Source: an uncultured Pseudoalteromonas sp.
GTDB taxonomy: Bacteria > Pseudomonadota > Gammaproteobacteria > Enterobacterales > Alteromonadaceae
Assembly: GCF_963922945.1 (NCBI RefSeq)
Contig: NZ_CAWUKC010000010.1
Span: forward strand, 9,308 to 73,307
Length of the DNA stretch: 64,000 nucleotides
Direction of reading: 5' to 3'
Each line of letters opens with the position of its first letter. Position 1 is the first letter of the stretch. Shown piece after piece: positions 20,110 through 30,934 of this stretch. Made by a program: the position numbers and the translations under genes. Under the pieces are notes generated by a model. That model searched no databases. It worked only from the letters and a program-made list of their open reading frames with translations, and was not told the origin of the DNA.

Positions 20110-21993
20110 ATGTTAGGCCCATATAAACAACAATACGAAAACTTTAAACAAAATCCTGCACAATTTTGGCTTGAGCAAGCAAAGCGCATACCTTGGTATA
20201 AAAAGCCCGAAAACGCCTACTCACAAGACACTGACGGCCTTTACCATTGGTTTGATGACGGCCAACTAAATACTTGTTTTTTAGCGCTCGATCAACACAT
20301 TATTGCAGGCTTTGGCGAGCAAACCGCGCTTATTTACGACTCCCCCGTTACCAACACACAACAAACCTATAACTACCTTGAGTTACAGCAAGAAGTTGCT
20401 AAATTTGCTGGCGTTATGCAATCACTCGGTATTCAAAAAGGCGATCGCGTGGTCATCTACATGCCTATGATCCCTCAAGCTGTCATAGGCATGCTCGCCT
20501 GTGCTCGATTAGGCGCTATACACTCTGTGGTATTTGGTGGTTTTGCCGCTCATGAACTTGCCGTACGTATAGACGACGCTAAACCTAAACTTATCCTCAG
20601 TGCTTCATGTGGTGTAGAGGTAGATAGTGTCATAGAATATAAACCACTGATTGATCATGCTATAGATCTTGCCAATCATAAAATAGATCACTGTATTATT
20701 TACCAGCGTGAACAAACAGCTGCCACGCTTATCCCCACAAGAGATATTAATTGGGATGAGGCAATGCAAACAGCCATTGCCGTAGACCCCGTACCGGTGA
20801 GTGGCAGTGACCCACTTTATATTTTGTATACCTCTGGCACCACAGGTACGCCCAAAGGCGTAGTGCGCGAAAACGGCGGCCATGGCGTTGCGATGCACTA
20901 CAGTATGGAAACCGTTTATGGCATGAAACCCGGCGAGGTATTCTGGGCAGCCTCAGACATAGGCTGGGTAGTTGGGCATTCATACATAGTGTATGCCCCG
21001 CTAATTTATCGCTGTACAACCGTGTTGTTTGAAGGCAAACCAGTGCGCACACCTGATGCCAGTACATTTTGGCGCGTAGTAGAACAATACCAAGTCAATG
21101 CATTATTTACAGCACCCACTGCCTTTAGAGCCATCAAAAAAGAAGACCCAGACGCCGAGGGCTTTAAACAATACAACACGAGTAGTTTAAAACGCATATT
21201 TTTAGCAGGCGAGCGACTCGACCCACCAACGTACAATTGGCTAAAAGAAAAAACTAACTTGCCAATACTCGATCATTGGTGGCAAACAGAAACCGGCTGG
21301 GCCATAGCCTGCAACCCCGTAGGCATAGAAGAATTAGTAACAAAACCTGGCAGCTCTACCGTGCCAACCCCAGGGTTTGATGTGCAAATATTGAATATGC
21401 AAGGCGAGCAATGCGCACCAAACGAGCAAGGCGTAGTAGCTATAAAATTGCCGCTACCGCCTGGCTGCTTACCCACCATTTGGCAAAATACAGCACGCTT
21501 TAAAGCCGGTTACTTATCCGAATATCCAGGCTATTACTTATCAGGTGATGGTGGCTATATAGATGACGATGGCTATCTTTTTATTATGGGCCGCACCGAT
21601 GATGTAATAAACGTAGCGGGTCATCGGCTTTCAACCGGCGAAATGGAAGAAATAGTCGCCTCGCACCCCGCCGTTGCTGAGTGTGCCGTGTTTGGCGTTA
21701 CTGATAGTCTAAAAGGCCAACTACCGATGGCCATGATTGTACTTAAAAACGACTTTACCGGCTCCCCTACCGATGTAGAGCAAGCGCTTGTGCAAACAGT
21801 ACGCAACCAAATAGGCGCTATAGCCTGCCTTAAAACAATAGTCAGCGTAGAGCGATTACCAAAAACACGTTCAGGTAAAATACTACGTAAAAATTTGCGC
21901 CAATTAGTCGATGGCGATGAACTACAAATACCATCCACCATAGACGATGCCGGTATTTTTGACGAAATAAATCAACAGCTCACCCTGCGTTAA
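20110..21993 (+). CDS. prpE: Acyl-CoA synthetase of the acetyl/propionyl-CoA synthetase subfamily (PrpE-like)
   Basis: 627 aa with the AMP-binding motif YTSGTTGTPKG, plus GDGGYIDDDGYLFIMGRTDDVINVAGHR and PKTRSGKILR. The N-terminal FW...A..I.W pattern resembles PrpE. No prpBCD genes are adjacent, so the symbol is tentative. Confidence 0.75.
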   Translation: MLGPYKQQYENFKQNPAQFWLEQAKRIPWYKKPENAYSQDTDGLYHWFDDGQLNTCFLALDQHIIAGFGEQTALIYDSPVTNTQQTYNYLELQQEVAKFAGVMQSLGIQKGDRVVIYMPMIPQAVIGMLACARLGAIHSVVFGGFAAHELAVRIDDAKPKLILSASCGVEVDSVIEYKPLIDHAIDLANHKIDHCIIYQREQTAATLIPTRDINWDEAMQTAIAVDPVPVSGSDPLYILYTSGTTGTPKGVVRENGGHGVAMHYSMETVYGMKPGEVFWAASDIGWVVGHSYIVYAPLIYRCTTVLFEGKPVRTPDASTFWRVVEQYQVNALFTAPTAFRAIKKEDPDAEGFKQYNTSSLKRIFLAGERLDPPTYNWLKEKTNLPILDHWWQTETGWAIACNPVGIEELVTKPGSSTVPTPGFDVQILNMQGEQCAPNEQGVVAIKLPLPPGCLPTIWQNTARFKAGYLSEYPGYYLSGDGGYIDDDGYLFIMGRTDDVINVAGHRLSTGEMEEIVASHPAVAECAVFGVTDSLKGQLPMAMIVLKNDFTGSPTDVEQALVQTVRNQIGAIACLKTIVSVERLPKTRSGKILRKNLRQLVDGDELQIPSTIDDAGIFDEINQQLTLR

Positions 21994-22004
21994 ATCCAAC
22001 CTAA

Positions 22005-22040
22005 AAAAGCCATTTTATATTTATATATCAAATGGCTTTT
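22005..22040 (+). terminator. Rho-independent terminator after the prpE-like gene
   Basis: AAAAGCCATT with a 16-nt AT loop, then AATGGCTTTT. Confidence 0.6.
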
Positions 22041-22196
22041 ACTTTTGCTGAAATTTATTCCTTACTCAATACTAAGAACATTAAACAAAGTAGTATGAAG
22101 GTGCATAGGGTACTTGAAAACACGTGCATACGTATTCACATTGAATTAACAACGCAAGCTTGTGATAGTGCACTTTTTGTATGCTAAGGCGCCAAA

Positions 22197-23144
22197 ATGA
22201 AATTAGTTGCTTTACTGTTTAGCTTATCAATATTTGTAGTGCATACCAGCTATGCAAACACCGCCAATGTGCAAGTAAGCAAAGGCCACATTGAGGTAAT
22301 CGACAATATAAAATCACAGTTTGTAAAAAACCGCTTTTTAAATGTTTGGCTACCGCCAGGTTACAACAAACACACCACTTACGACGTGCTCTACATGCAC
22401 GATGGCCGCATGCTGTTTGACGCCAATAGCACATGGAACAAGCAAGAGTGGCGCGTAGATGAAGTAGCTGGCTCATTAATAGAGCAAGGCAAAGTACGCC
22501 CCTTTATTGTGGTAGGCATTCCAAACGCCGTAGAAAACCGCCACAGCGAATACTACCCACAACAACCGTTTGAGGCCTTAAGCAAGCAAAAGCAAAACGC
22601 CCTATACCAGTTAGAAAAATACCCAGGCCACAAATTATTTGCCTCTAACGTCTACTCAGACAACTACTCACGCTTTTTAGTTAAAGAAGTTATTCCTTAT
22701 ATAGAGTCTAACTACAACGTAAACAAAGGCGCGCAGCACCGCTATATTGGTGGCTCTAGCATGGGTGGGCTTATATCGTGGTATACACTACTTAATTACC
22801 CTAACGAATTTGCCGGCGCTATTTGTATGTCGACCCACTGGCCAGGTATTTTTAGCCACGACGACGAAGTATTTGCCCAGTTTAAGCACTACATTGCCAA
22901 CAACATCGCAAATCTAAGTAACCAAAAAGTATACTTTGATTACGGCGACAGCACCTTAGATGCTATGTACCCTAAGTTACAAGCACAAATTGATGATTTA
23001 TTTATGGAGCACAAGTATCCGGTAAAACTTTGGCAAAGTCAGTACTTTCCGGGTGAAGATCACACCGAAAATGCATGGGCAAAACGCTTACACATTCCGC
23101 TTGAGTTTATGTTTAGAAAAACCAAACAGGCTGAGGCCGAGTAA
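22197..23144 (+). CDS. Secreted esterase, 'putative esterase' (PF00756, enterochelin-esterase-like) family
   Basis: Signal peptide, then YDVLYMHDG and the nucleophile block IGGSSMGG. Confidence 0.7.
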   Translation: MKLVALLFSLSIFVVHTSYANTANVQVSKGHIEVIDNIKSQFVKNRFLNVWLPPGYNKHTTYDVLYMHDGRMLFDANSTWNKQEWRVDEVAGSLIEQGKVRPFIVVGIPNAVENRHSEYYPQQPFEALSKQKQNALYQLEKYPGHKLFASNVYSDNYSRFLVKEVIPYIESNYNVNKGAQHRYIGGSSMGGLISWYTLLNYPNEFAGAICMSTHWPGIFSHDDEVFAQFKHYIANNIANLSNQKVYFDYGDSTLDAMYPKLQAQIDDLFMEHKYPVKLWQSQYFPGEDHTENAWAKRLHIPLEFMFRKTKQAEAE

Positions 23145-23177
23145 TCATTTACCAGTATTATCCTATCAGTAATTACA

Positions 23178-23218
23178 AAAAAGCAGCTTAACGTTCATTA
23201 CGTTAAGCCGATTTTTTT
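23178..23218. terminator. Bidirectional terminator between the esterase and histidine kinase genes
   Basis: AAAAAAGCA-GCTTAACG-ttcatta-CGTTAAGC-cgATTTTTTT. Confidence 0.75.
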
Positions 23219-23233
23219 CATACGCTTTCAAAC

Positions 23234-24520
23234 TTAACTAAAATCAACCACCACTTCGTAGCGCCCTGGCATATCGTTTACATCGTAAACCCAGCCGTGG
23301 CGTTTAATTATTTTTTCGCTTAATTGCAGGCCTAGTCCGTACCCTATACTGGCGGGTTTTGCTGAAGGCGAGATCCCTTTAGGGACATCGTCCTGCTTAT
23401 TACAATTAACAATAGTGACTTTACTGCCTTGCTGCGTAATGTGTACTTGGCCAAATTGGGTATGTTGGTAGGCATTACGAATTAAATTAGTCAGTACAAT
23501 GTGGCACGCAGTAGCATCGGTTGTAATAACGCTCTCTTGCTGGGTGCTTAAAACCACCTCAACGTGCTTCGCATTAAGCAGGTAATTAAGCTCACTACTT
23601 AGGGCCGTTATTTTATCACTCAGGTTTACAGGTTCTGGACTACTTTGCTGATCTTCGTTGCGGCTTAGCCATAATAACGTATCGGTTAAATCGCTCATGG
23701 TTAAACCGGCACGCTCTATACGCTCAAGTGTAAGCTGTTGTTTATCACTTAACGGGGCTTTTTCGCTCAGCCGATTGAGTAGCTCAACGTTACTGCGAAT
23801 AACCGATATTGGCGTACGCAGCTCGTGGCTGGCATAGCTTAAAAAGCGCTGCTCACGCTCTACGCTTTCATTCGCCGAAAGTAAGCTGCTGCGTATTAAT
23901 GTGGCTAAAGTATTTAGTTCGTTATAGGTAAAATCAGGCGGTGTTTGCTGCAGGTTAGTTTGGTTTAACGATTTAGCCCAACCCCTTAACGACTCCACTG
24001 GCTTGGCTATTTTTTTCATTACCATAAACAAAAAAAACGCAAATAACACAATGGCAGCAATGCCTGTAATGGCAATCCATAGCATGCGTTGTTCGGGCTC
24101 TATATTAGCGAGTAATTGGGGTTTGTCTTTTTCGAGCATAATGCGCGATATATAACGCGGCTCGCCTTCGGGGTTTGGATAATACACCACAAAAAATAAA
24201 TTTTCCGGCATAGAAAACATCGACGACTGATCTTTTCTTTTATGTAAAAGCCCCACCTCTGTTGGTTTTTTAAAACGCTGCTGAATTGACTCAGGCATAT
24301 CTTCCCAGCGGCTCGCTACATTAAAACCAACAACCTCTTTACGCTCTCCTGCTTTTACATCAATAGTTTGCGAAAGGTTTAGCATTACCCCGTTTAAGCC
24401 TTTATCTAGACCATCAATAAAGTAATTGACACTTAAAAACGAAAAGCCAGTGGCCATAGTAGAGCTAAGCACCACCATACTGGCAAAAAAGTAGAGCCTT
24501 AGACTCGGCCTTATTTTCAT
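23234..24520 (-). CDS. Sensor histidine kinase (two TM segments, HAMP, HisKA, HATPase)
   Basis: The H-box reads SYASHELRTPISVI, and an N/G-box region follows (LIRNAYQHT, GYGLGL). A 4-nt overlap with the upstream response regulator gene indicates an operon. Confidence 0.9.
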   Translation of the reverse strand: MKIRPSLRLYFFASMVVLSSTMATGFSFLSVNYFIDGLDKGLNGVMLNLSQTIDVKAGERKEVVGFNVASRWEDMPESIQQRFKKPTEVGLLHKRKDQSSMFSMPENLFFVVYYPNPEGEPRYISRIMLEKDKPQLLANIEPEQRMLWIAITGIAAIVLFAFFLFMVMKKIAKPVESLRGWAKSLNQTNLQQTPPDFTYNELNTLATLIRSSLLSANESVEREQRFLSYASHELRTPISVIRSNVELLNRLSEKAPLSDKQQLTLERIERAGLTMSDLTDTLLWLSRNEDQQSSPEPVNLSDKITALSSELNYLLNAKHVEVVLSTQQESVITTDATACHIVLTNLIRNAYQHTQFGQVHITQQGSKVTIVNCNKQDDVPKGISPSAKPASIGYGLGLQLSEKIIKRHGWVYDVNDMPGRYEVVVDFS

Positions 24521-25200
24521 TGTGGCTGCCCTTCATTGGCTGTTATTGCAAAGCCCACACTAGGAATGGTTTCAAGTGTAACTTGGTGTGTGGTTGCTTC
24601 TAATTGCTTACGTAAATGATGCACATGCACTTTTAAACTGTTGCTATCGGGCTGCTCTTCACCCCATATAGCTTGTATAATGCTACTGCGCGTAACAGGC
24701 TGCGGCGCATGGCGTACTAGGGTTTCTAGCAATTTAAATGCAATGGGCGATAACTTTAATGTTTGCCCCTCTACATCGGCACTGCGTTTTGCTAAATCTA
24801 AATTTAAGTTAGCTAAAGTAAGGCGTTTTGCCTCACCACTTTTGCGCTTTGCCAGCACTTGTACCCGCGCTACTAGCTCTTTCATGGCAAAGGGTTTTAC
24901 TAAATAGTCGTCGCTACCGGCGGCAAAGCCCTCAAGTTTATTATCGAGGCTATCGCGTGCGGTCAACATTAATACCGGAATATCTTTACCTTGTTCTCGC
25001 AATGTTTTGCACATTGTTAAGCCGTCCATTTTGGGCATGTTTACATCTAAAATAATCATTTGATAATCATTAATTTGCAGTAAATTTAAGCCCAAAACGC
25101 CATTACTTGCATGGTCACACTCAATGTCTTCTATATCGAGGTAATCAACAATTGTTGTTGCCAAGTCTATATCGTCTTCAACCAGTAGTACGTTTATCAT
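24517..25200 (-). CDS. OmpR/PhoB-family response regulator
   Basis: The receiver domain carries VLLVEDD...IILDVNMPKMDG...LTA, followed by a winged-helix output domain (LSPIAFKLLETLV...GFAI). Confidence 0.92.
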   Translation of the reverse strand: MINVLLVEDDIDLATTIVDYLDIEDIECDHASNGVLGLNLLQINDYQMIILDVNMPKMDGLTMCKTLREQGKDIPVLMLTARDSLDNKLEGFAAGSDDYLVKPFAMKELVARVQVLAKRKSGEAKRLTLANLNLDLAKRSADVEGQTLKLSPIAFKLLETLVRHAPQPVTRSSIIQAIWGEEQPDSNSLKVHVHHLRKQLEATTHQVTLETIPSVGFAITANEGQPQ

Positions 25201-28200
25201 TAAGAGGTTACTCCTTGAATGCGTTTTCCACTTAAAAAGTCTACCACATTGGCAATTAAGCGCTTAATCTCAACTTGAATCATTAGTAAGGCCGGAATAA
25301 GTATTAACGTAATAACCGTAGCAAACAAAATACCATAGCCAAGTGATGCCGCAGCAGGGATTAAAAACTGTGCCTGCATTGAGGTCTCACCTAATAGCGG
25401 CACTAAGCCCGCATACGTTGTAATTGAGGTAAGCATTACTGCACGCAAACGGCTTGTACACGACTCTACAATGGCATCGTGCGTGTTCATATCCTCGTCA
25501 TTTACAAGCTCGTTAAAGCGCGAAACCAGTAATAAGCTGTCGTTTACTACCACCCCGCTTAGCGCCAAAATACCATTTAACGAGAGTATGCTTATGGTTA
25601 AGTCGTTCCACCAATGACCTAAAATAGCCCCCACAATACCAAACGGAATTGCCACCATAATCAACATAGGTTGAATGTAAGATTTAAGCGGAATGGCCAG
25701 CAATACGTAAATAACCAGTAACGCAGCTATAAACATAGTGCCCATTGAGCCTGTGGTTTCGTCTTGCTCTTCGGCTTCACCAGCAAAGTGAATACTTAAG
25801 TTAGGGAACTGCTTAGTAATCTCAGGTACTAAATCTCGACTTAAATTATCAACCAGTTCATTAGAAGCCACTACGTTTTTATCAACTTGTGCACTTAAAT
25901 ATATTGCACGTAGGCCATCAATACGGGTTATTTCATCTTGTTGATATTCGCTGCTTATATTTGCTACGTTAACCAAAGGCACTACGGTGCCATCGGGTAA
26001 TCTAATACGCGACTGCATTATATCAGCCGGTGTTTTACGGGCATTTTCAGGGTAGCGTACACGTACTTTTACTTCGTCTTTATCTCGTTGGTAGCGCTGT
26101 ACAATTGCACCACCGAAAGCTTGTAAAACTTGCTCTGATAGGCTCGCCGTATCCATACCTAAAGCACGCCCCTGTGCGCTTAAGGTAAATTTAAGCTGTG
26201 GCTGACCTGGGTTTAAGTTGTCGTCTATACCATTAACGCCAGCGGTGTTTTGCAAGCGCTCTTTAAATAATGCGCCTGCGGCTATAACGGTTTCGTCATC
26301 CCATGCTTTTAGCTCTACTTTAAAGTTATCAACCATTTTACGTGTAGCCAATATTTGTAGCTTTTTACTGCCCTCAGGCATGCCAGCAAGGCGTTGCCAC
26401 TCTTGTGCAAATTCATTTGCTGTAAAGGCGCCTTCGTTCAGTAATTCAACCGTAACGGTACCACTGGTATCGCTGCTGCTAACCAATTGTAAGCTGGTTA
26501 TTTCGCTCTCTTGCGAGTCGTACTTATCCATTAAATTTTGCTGAGCTTGAAGTGCACTTTGCTCAAGGGCCAACAAGTTTTTATTAGTTTGCCCATACGC
26601 TGCATCGTTTTGCATCACCAGCTCAGCATTCACGGTATCACCGATAATACTTGGGAAAAAACCAACCTTTACTGCTCCGGTCATAGGCATGCCAACAACC
26701 AATATAAAAAAGGCTATAAATGCCGCAACTACGGCATATCTAAAGCGTAGCGAGTATTCAATAACGCGGCGATACACATTAGCGCTAAACCAATTTAGAC
26801 CGCTGTCGGCACCGTGCTGTACTTTTGACCACAAGCCGCTTATGCCCGATTTTAGCTGGCGTTTAGTGCTTATGTGAGCTAAATGCGATGGTAAAATAAG
26901 TTTTGATTCAACAACCGAAAGCAGTAAACAAATCGTCACTACGGTTGCAAACTGGGCGTAAATTTTACCTAGGTTGCCTGATACATTTGAAAGCGCCACA
27001 AATGCAGCCACCGTGGTCAATACACCAAATATGGTAGGTACAGCCACCTTCATGGTGCCTAAAATCGTGTTATTTAGGGTATCACCATGTTTTTTGCGGG
27101 TCGTGTAAATGCTCTCACCGACCACCACGGCATCGTCAACGACAATACCCAGTGCCATAATAAAACCAAAGGTGGTCATTTCGTTTATGGTCAGCGCGGT
27201 GTAGCTGTCGGTCATAAAATACAGTGTGCCAAAAAATACAAATGGCAAGCCACCCGCAACCCACAAAGCTACGCGTACATTTAAAAATATCGCTAAAATT
27301 ACAAACACCATGATAATACCGGTCACGGCATTTTTAGTAAGTAGCGATAAGCGCTCGGTGATCATGGTGCTTTTATCTTGCCAGCTCTCCAGCTCTACAT
27401 TTTGAGGTAACAAGCCGCGCTCGTGCCAAGAGTCAATTACGCTGTGTGCTTGCTCAACAATCGTGGTTATATCGCTGTTTTCATCCATTAAAATTTCAAT
27501 GCCAACCGCATTTTTTTGATTATATCGGCTTAATGAGTTGGTATCTTCAGCGAACGAGTCGGTAACAGTTGCTACATCACCTAATTTAATTTGTGTGCCT
27601 GTTTGCGTTGTTAGTAACACAATATTTGCAAAGTCGCGCTGCCAATAAGCTTGGTCGGCCGCCTTTAAACGAATAACCTTATTGCTATCGCGTAAGCTAG
27701 TCGAAAGCGGGCTTGATGACTCGTTGTTAATCACCTCACTTATATCGCTAATGGTTAAGCCGTAGGCTTGTAATTTACCTTCGTCGATTTCTATCGACAT
27801 CATAGGGGCAAGCACGCCTGATTGCTCTACATCGCTAATGCCTGATTTAGCTAATAAATCAGCTTTTAATTGCTCACCAAGGCTTTGCAATGTATGGCGA
27901 TCGGCATCACCAAATAATTGTATAGATAATGCGTGATCTTGCCTGCGGGCTTTGTCGATCACCGGCTCTTCGGCATCTGCCGGAAAGTTGTTTATAGCAT
28001 CGACTTGGTTTTTAACGTCGGTGAGTAGCTCATCAAGCGAGTAGTCGGTTTTTTTCTCTATGCTCACATGGCTGCCGCTGGCATCTGATGTAGAGGTAAT
28101 ACGCTTAATACCCGGTACGGTTTCAAGGGCTTCTTCTATTTTCAGCGCAATGCCTTCCTCTGCTTGCAGGGCGTCACCACTGTCGTAAACCACCGATACA

Positions 28201-28385
28201 GAAATAGTATCCGGCTCAAGACTTGGAAACGCCTCTTTACGCAAGGTAGAGAGGGACATTATCCCCATTACTATTACACTAATGAGTAATAAATTGGCGG
28301 CCACTGAGTTATTTGCAAACCAGCTAATAATGCCGTGCAAAGGGTTAGTATTATTAGGTAATTGCGGTGCTTGATGCGGGCTCAT
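25200..28385 (-). CDS. RND-family inner-membrane efflux transporter (AcrB/HAE-type)
   Basis: 1061 aa with 12 TM helices and two large periplasmic loops. Conserved AcrB-type blocks are present (GIVVDDAVVVGESI, GVVVNDSLLLV). Confidence 0.93.
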   Translation of the reverse strand: MSPHQAPQLPNNTNPLHGIISWFANNSVAANLLLISVIVMGIMSLSTLRKEAFPSLEPDTISVSVVYDSGDALQAEEGIALKIEEALETVPGIKRITSTSDASGSHVSIEKKTDYSLDELLTDVKNQVDAINNFPADAEEPVIDKARRQDHALSIQLFGDADRHTLQSLGEQLKADLLAKSGISDVEQSGVLAPMMSIEIDEGKLQAYGLTISDISEVINNESSSPLSTSLRDSNKVIRLKAADQAYWQRDFANIVLLTTQTGTQIKLGDVATVTDSFAEDTNSLSRYNQKNAVGIEILMDENSDITTIVEQAHSVIDSWHERGLLPQNVELESWQDKSTMITERLSLLTKNAVTGIIMVFVILAIFLNVRVALWVAGGLPFVFFGTLYFMTDSYTALTINEMTTFGFIMALGIVVDDAVVVGESIYTTRKKHGDTLNNTILGTMKVAVPTIFGVLTTVAAFVALSNVSGNLGKIYAQFATVVTICLLLSVVESKLILPSHLAHISTKRQLKSGISGLWSKVQHGADSGLNWFSANVYRRVIEYSLRFRYAVVAAFIAFFILVVGMPMTGAVKVGFFPSIIGDTVNAELVMQNDAAYGQTNKNLLALEQSALQAQQNLMDKYDSQESEITSLQLVSSSDTSGTVTVELLNEGAFTANEFAQEWQRLAGMPEGSKKLQILATRKMVDNFKVELKAWDDETVIAAGALFKERLQNTAGVNGIDDNLNPGQPQLKFTLSAQGRALGMDTASLSEQVLQAFGGAIVQRYQRDKDEVKVRVRYPENARKTPADIMQSRIRLPDGTVVPLVNVANISSEYQQDEITRIDGLRAIYLSAQVDKNVVASNELVDNLSRDLVPEITKQFPNLSIHFAGEAEEQDETTGSMGTMFIAALLVIYVLLAIPLKSYIQPMLIMVAIPFGIVGAILGHWWNDLTISILSLNGILALSGVVVNDSLLLVSRFNELVNDEDMNTHDAIVESCTSRLRAVMLTSITTYAGLVPLLGETSMQAQFLIPAAASLGYGILFATVITLILIPALLMIQVEIKRLIANVVDFLSGKRIQGVTS

Positions 28386-29530
28386 TATGGCATCTCCTCA
28401 ACAACGGGGTTTACTAACATTTCGTTTAGGTAGCTCACTAACGGGCGTGCAACAACGCGTAAATTGGTATGCCCTTCAATAGGTGAGATATAAACGTAAT
28501 CACCGCGCTCAAATAGTTTTTGTGCTTTAACACTTACTAACGTATTTTGCTCATTTACGTACCAAATTAAGCCACCTTGCGATACGGCTGATGCAGGCAA
28601 TTTAATTACGTTATTAAGTGTTTTACCCGCAATTTGCACCGCTAAAAAAGTACCTGGTAATAACGGTGTTACTTGCTCAAAAGGTTTGTCTAGCGCAACC
28701 ACTACACTGCGCTGACGCGAGCTGTCATCAAGGTGTTGCTCAAAGCGAGCTATATAACCTTGCCACTGATTTTGTGTTGTTACATCACTTAAAATAACCT
28801 CACCCGACTTATCGCTTGCTAAGTTTTGCCACTGGCTTAACGAAAGCGGCACACTAATTTCTACTTTGTCGGTGCTATTTAATGTAGCCAGTGTATCGCC
28901 AATGCTTACATATGTACCTAGATCTATATCGCGCGATAAAATAACAGCATCAAACGGCGCACTTATATGGGTGTTTTTTTCATCACGCTGTGCGGTTTGT
29001 AATGCGTATTGCGCATTATCGGCCGTTGCTTGAGCGGCTTCTAGCTGAAGCGTTCTAAATACTAAGGGTGAGCTAGGCGCTTGGGTAACGCCCGAGCGTT
29101 GCCATTCACGTTTTGCTTGGTTTCCTAAGTCTTGCTCCTCTTGTAGTGCAAGCTTGGCATCTGCCAATGTGGCTTTAGCGCTCGCGACTGTTTGTAAGTA
29201 TTCGGTGTTATCTATTTGTGCAAGCACTTGGCCTTTTTTAACGACATTACCTGTGGCAAATTGCTCACTCATACCCGTTATTTCGCCCTTAACTTGCGCT
29301 TTTAAGCTAAGTGCCCAGTGTGCTTTAGCCTCACCGTGGCCGCTAACATAGGCTTGATACGTACTTGGCACAGCGTTAATAACCGATACATTGGGTGCCA
29401 CAGATTTAGCCGGCTCAGGCTTAGGGCCATTTGCTTGCTGCGCCATTTTTTGGCCGTTATATGAAATAGCAAGCCCTATGCAAACAATGGCAACGATAGT
29501 TACAACAACAGGTACTGGCGAAATTTTCAT
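28385..29530 (-). CDS. RND periplasmic adaptor (membrane fusion protein)
   Basis: 381 aa with an N-terminal anchor and coiled-coil hairpin (LADAKLALQEEQ...AQYALQTAQRDEKNT) followed by beta-barrel domains. The start and stop are coupled to both neighbours. Confidence 0.9.
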   Translation of the reverse strand: MKISPVPVVVTIVAIVCIGLAISYNGQKMAQQANGPKPEPAKSVAPNVSVINAVPSTYQAYVSGHGEAKAHWALSLKAQVKGEITGMSEQFATGNVVKKGQVLAQIDNTEYLQTVASAKATLADAKLALQEEQDLGNQAKREWQRSGVTQAPSSPLVFRTLQLEAAQATADNAQYALQTAQRDEKNTHISAPFDAVILSRDIDLGTYVSIGDTLATLNSTDKVEISVPLSLSQWQNLASDKSGEVILSDVTTQNQWQGYIARFEQHLDDSSRQRSVVVALDKPFEQVTPLLPGTFLAVQIAGKTLNNVIKLPASAVSQGGLIWYVNEQNTLVSVKAQKLFERGDYVYISPIEGHTNLRVVARPLVSYLNEMLVNPVVEEMP

Positions 29531-30888
29531 GACGATGCTCCAAGGCCCAAAGCAAGGCCTAAATCTATACGGTTAGTTAAAAGGGTGTAATTTATTTGGC
29601 TAAGCTGAGCTTGTAGGTCGTACACCTGCTGTTGCACAGTGAGTAGGTCTAAAATATCAACCAAACCTTGCTGGTATTTGCTTTGGTAGTTGCTATAGCT
29701 ACGCTTAGCACTGGCAAGTGCGTTACTGATTTGAAGCTGCTGCTGTGTTAATGATTGCTCTTGCCCTAGTGCGTTTTCTACTTCGTTTACAGCGCTTAAT
29801 AAGGTGTCTTGGTATTCCCAAAACGCTTGTTCGGCATTTAGTTTTGCAATATCAACTTGTGCACGCAATGCGCCACCTTGAAACAACGGCGCACTTAAAC
29901 TGCCTAGTAAGTTCCATACTGGGCTGGTTAATAACGCTTTGCTGGGTGTGGTTGCTAAATCACTAAGTGATGCCGAAAGCGTAATGCTAGGGAGTAAATC
30001 TTTATAAGCTACATCCACTAAATAACGCTTAGATTGAATATTATAATAAGCACTTTGTAAGTCGGGGCGACGCGCTAAATCTTGCTCTGGTAATGCACTT
30101 AGCGGCTCCATAACCTCAGGTAAAACAGCGCTAGATGGTAAGTTTTCAAGTTTATCAACGCCCACTAATAATACTAAAGCGCGTTTTGCTTGCGCTATTT
30201 GCTCTTGGTAATCGGCAATAGTGGCTCTAGTTGAGGCGGTATTTGTACGCGCGGTATCAAGGGCTTCTAAATCACCTAAACCGTATTGGTAACGCTCAAC
30301 AATACTTTGCTCGTTATTTTCTAAAACCGTTAAACGCTGCTGCTCTATGTTGAGTAAATCTTGCTGTAAAATAATATTTAAATACGTGCGTATCACGCTG
30401 GCTACTAAGGTGTCTTTAGCGCTTTGGTAAGTGGCCTGATTACTAGCTATGGTCATGTCTTGCGCGGCAACGTTATCAGCAATTTTTTGCCATACGTCGA
30501 CCTCCCAGCTAACCCCTAGTGATGAGCTGTACTGTGTGCCAGTTGTTTCGTTGCGCTGAGCGTCAAAGTCGGCATTGATGCTAAACCACTGGCTTGCTGC
30601 GGTAACGTCGCGCTGTGCATAGGCAAGTTTTAGCGCCACATGCACTTGATTAAACGACGGGTTATTTGCAACGGCTTGGTTAATAAGGGAATCAAGCCCC
30701 GCTATATTCACTAAATCAGTGATATAACTTACCTCGGTTGCATCTTCTTGTGTGTATTGCCAATTTGCATGCTGCTTTAGCGATTGCTCGGTGCTATTAC
30801 CTGTATAGCTTGGCTGGCTACTACACGCAGCAAGCGTGCAGCTAAGTGCAAGCAATAAAACCGTTGAGCGCTTTTTAAAATAAACCAT
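29527..30888 (-). CDS. Outer-membrane efflux lipoprotein, NodT/OprM family
   Basis: The lipobox reads LAACSS. The protein shows duplicated TolC-type repeats and is the first gene of a 5-gene operon (OMF-MFP-RND-RR-HK). Confidence 0.9.
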   Translation of the reverse strand: MVYFKKRSTVLLLALSCTLAACSSQPSYTGNSTEQSLKQHANWQYTQEDATEVSYITDLVNIAGLDSLINQAVANNPSFNQVHVALKLAYAQRDVTAASQWFSINADFDAQRNETTGTQYSSSLGVSWEVDVWQKIADNVAAQDMTIASNQATYQSAKDTLVASVIRTYLNIILQQDLLNIEQQRLTVLENNEQSIVERYQYGLGDLEALDTARTNTASTRATIADYQEQIAQAKRALVLLVGVDKLENLPSSAVLPEVMEPLSALPEQDLARRPDLQSAYYNIQSKRYLVDVAYKDLLPSITLSASLSDLATTPSKALLTSPVWNLLGSLSAPLFQGGALRAQVDIAKLNAEQAFWEYQDTLLSAVNEVENALGQEQSLTQQQLQISNALASAKRSYSNYQSKYQQGLVDILDLLTVQQQVYDLQAQLSQINYTLLTNRIDLGLALGLGASS

Positions 30889-30934
30889 TTAACTGTGCCT
30901 AATTTACATCATTACACACAGTGTATTAGGGCAA

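Noticed and set aside
20605-21941. Five antisense ORFs of 68-106 aa within the prpE-like gene
   Set aside because: They lie entirely inside a well-supported 627-aa acyl-CoA synthetase ORF. The translations are Arg/Cys/His-rich nonsense typical of antisense frames.
25051-25074. A Fur-box-like sequence, AATAATCATTTGATAATCATTAAT
   Set aside because: It lies inside the response regulator coding sequence, where it encodes N-D-Y-Q-M-I-I on the minus strand. It is most likely a by-product of AT-rich codons rather than an operator.
26218-27284. Plus-strand ORFs (26218-26544, 26538-26750, 26689-26877, 27087-27284) inside the RND transporter gene
   Set aside because: They are antisense to a 1061-aa AcrB-type ORF and have no ribosome binding sites or recognisable motifs.
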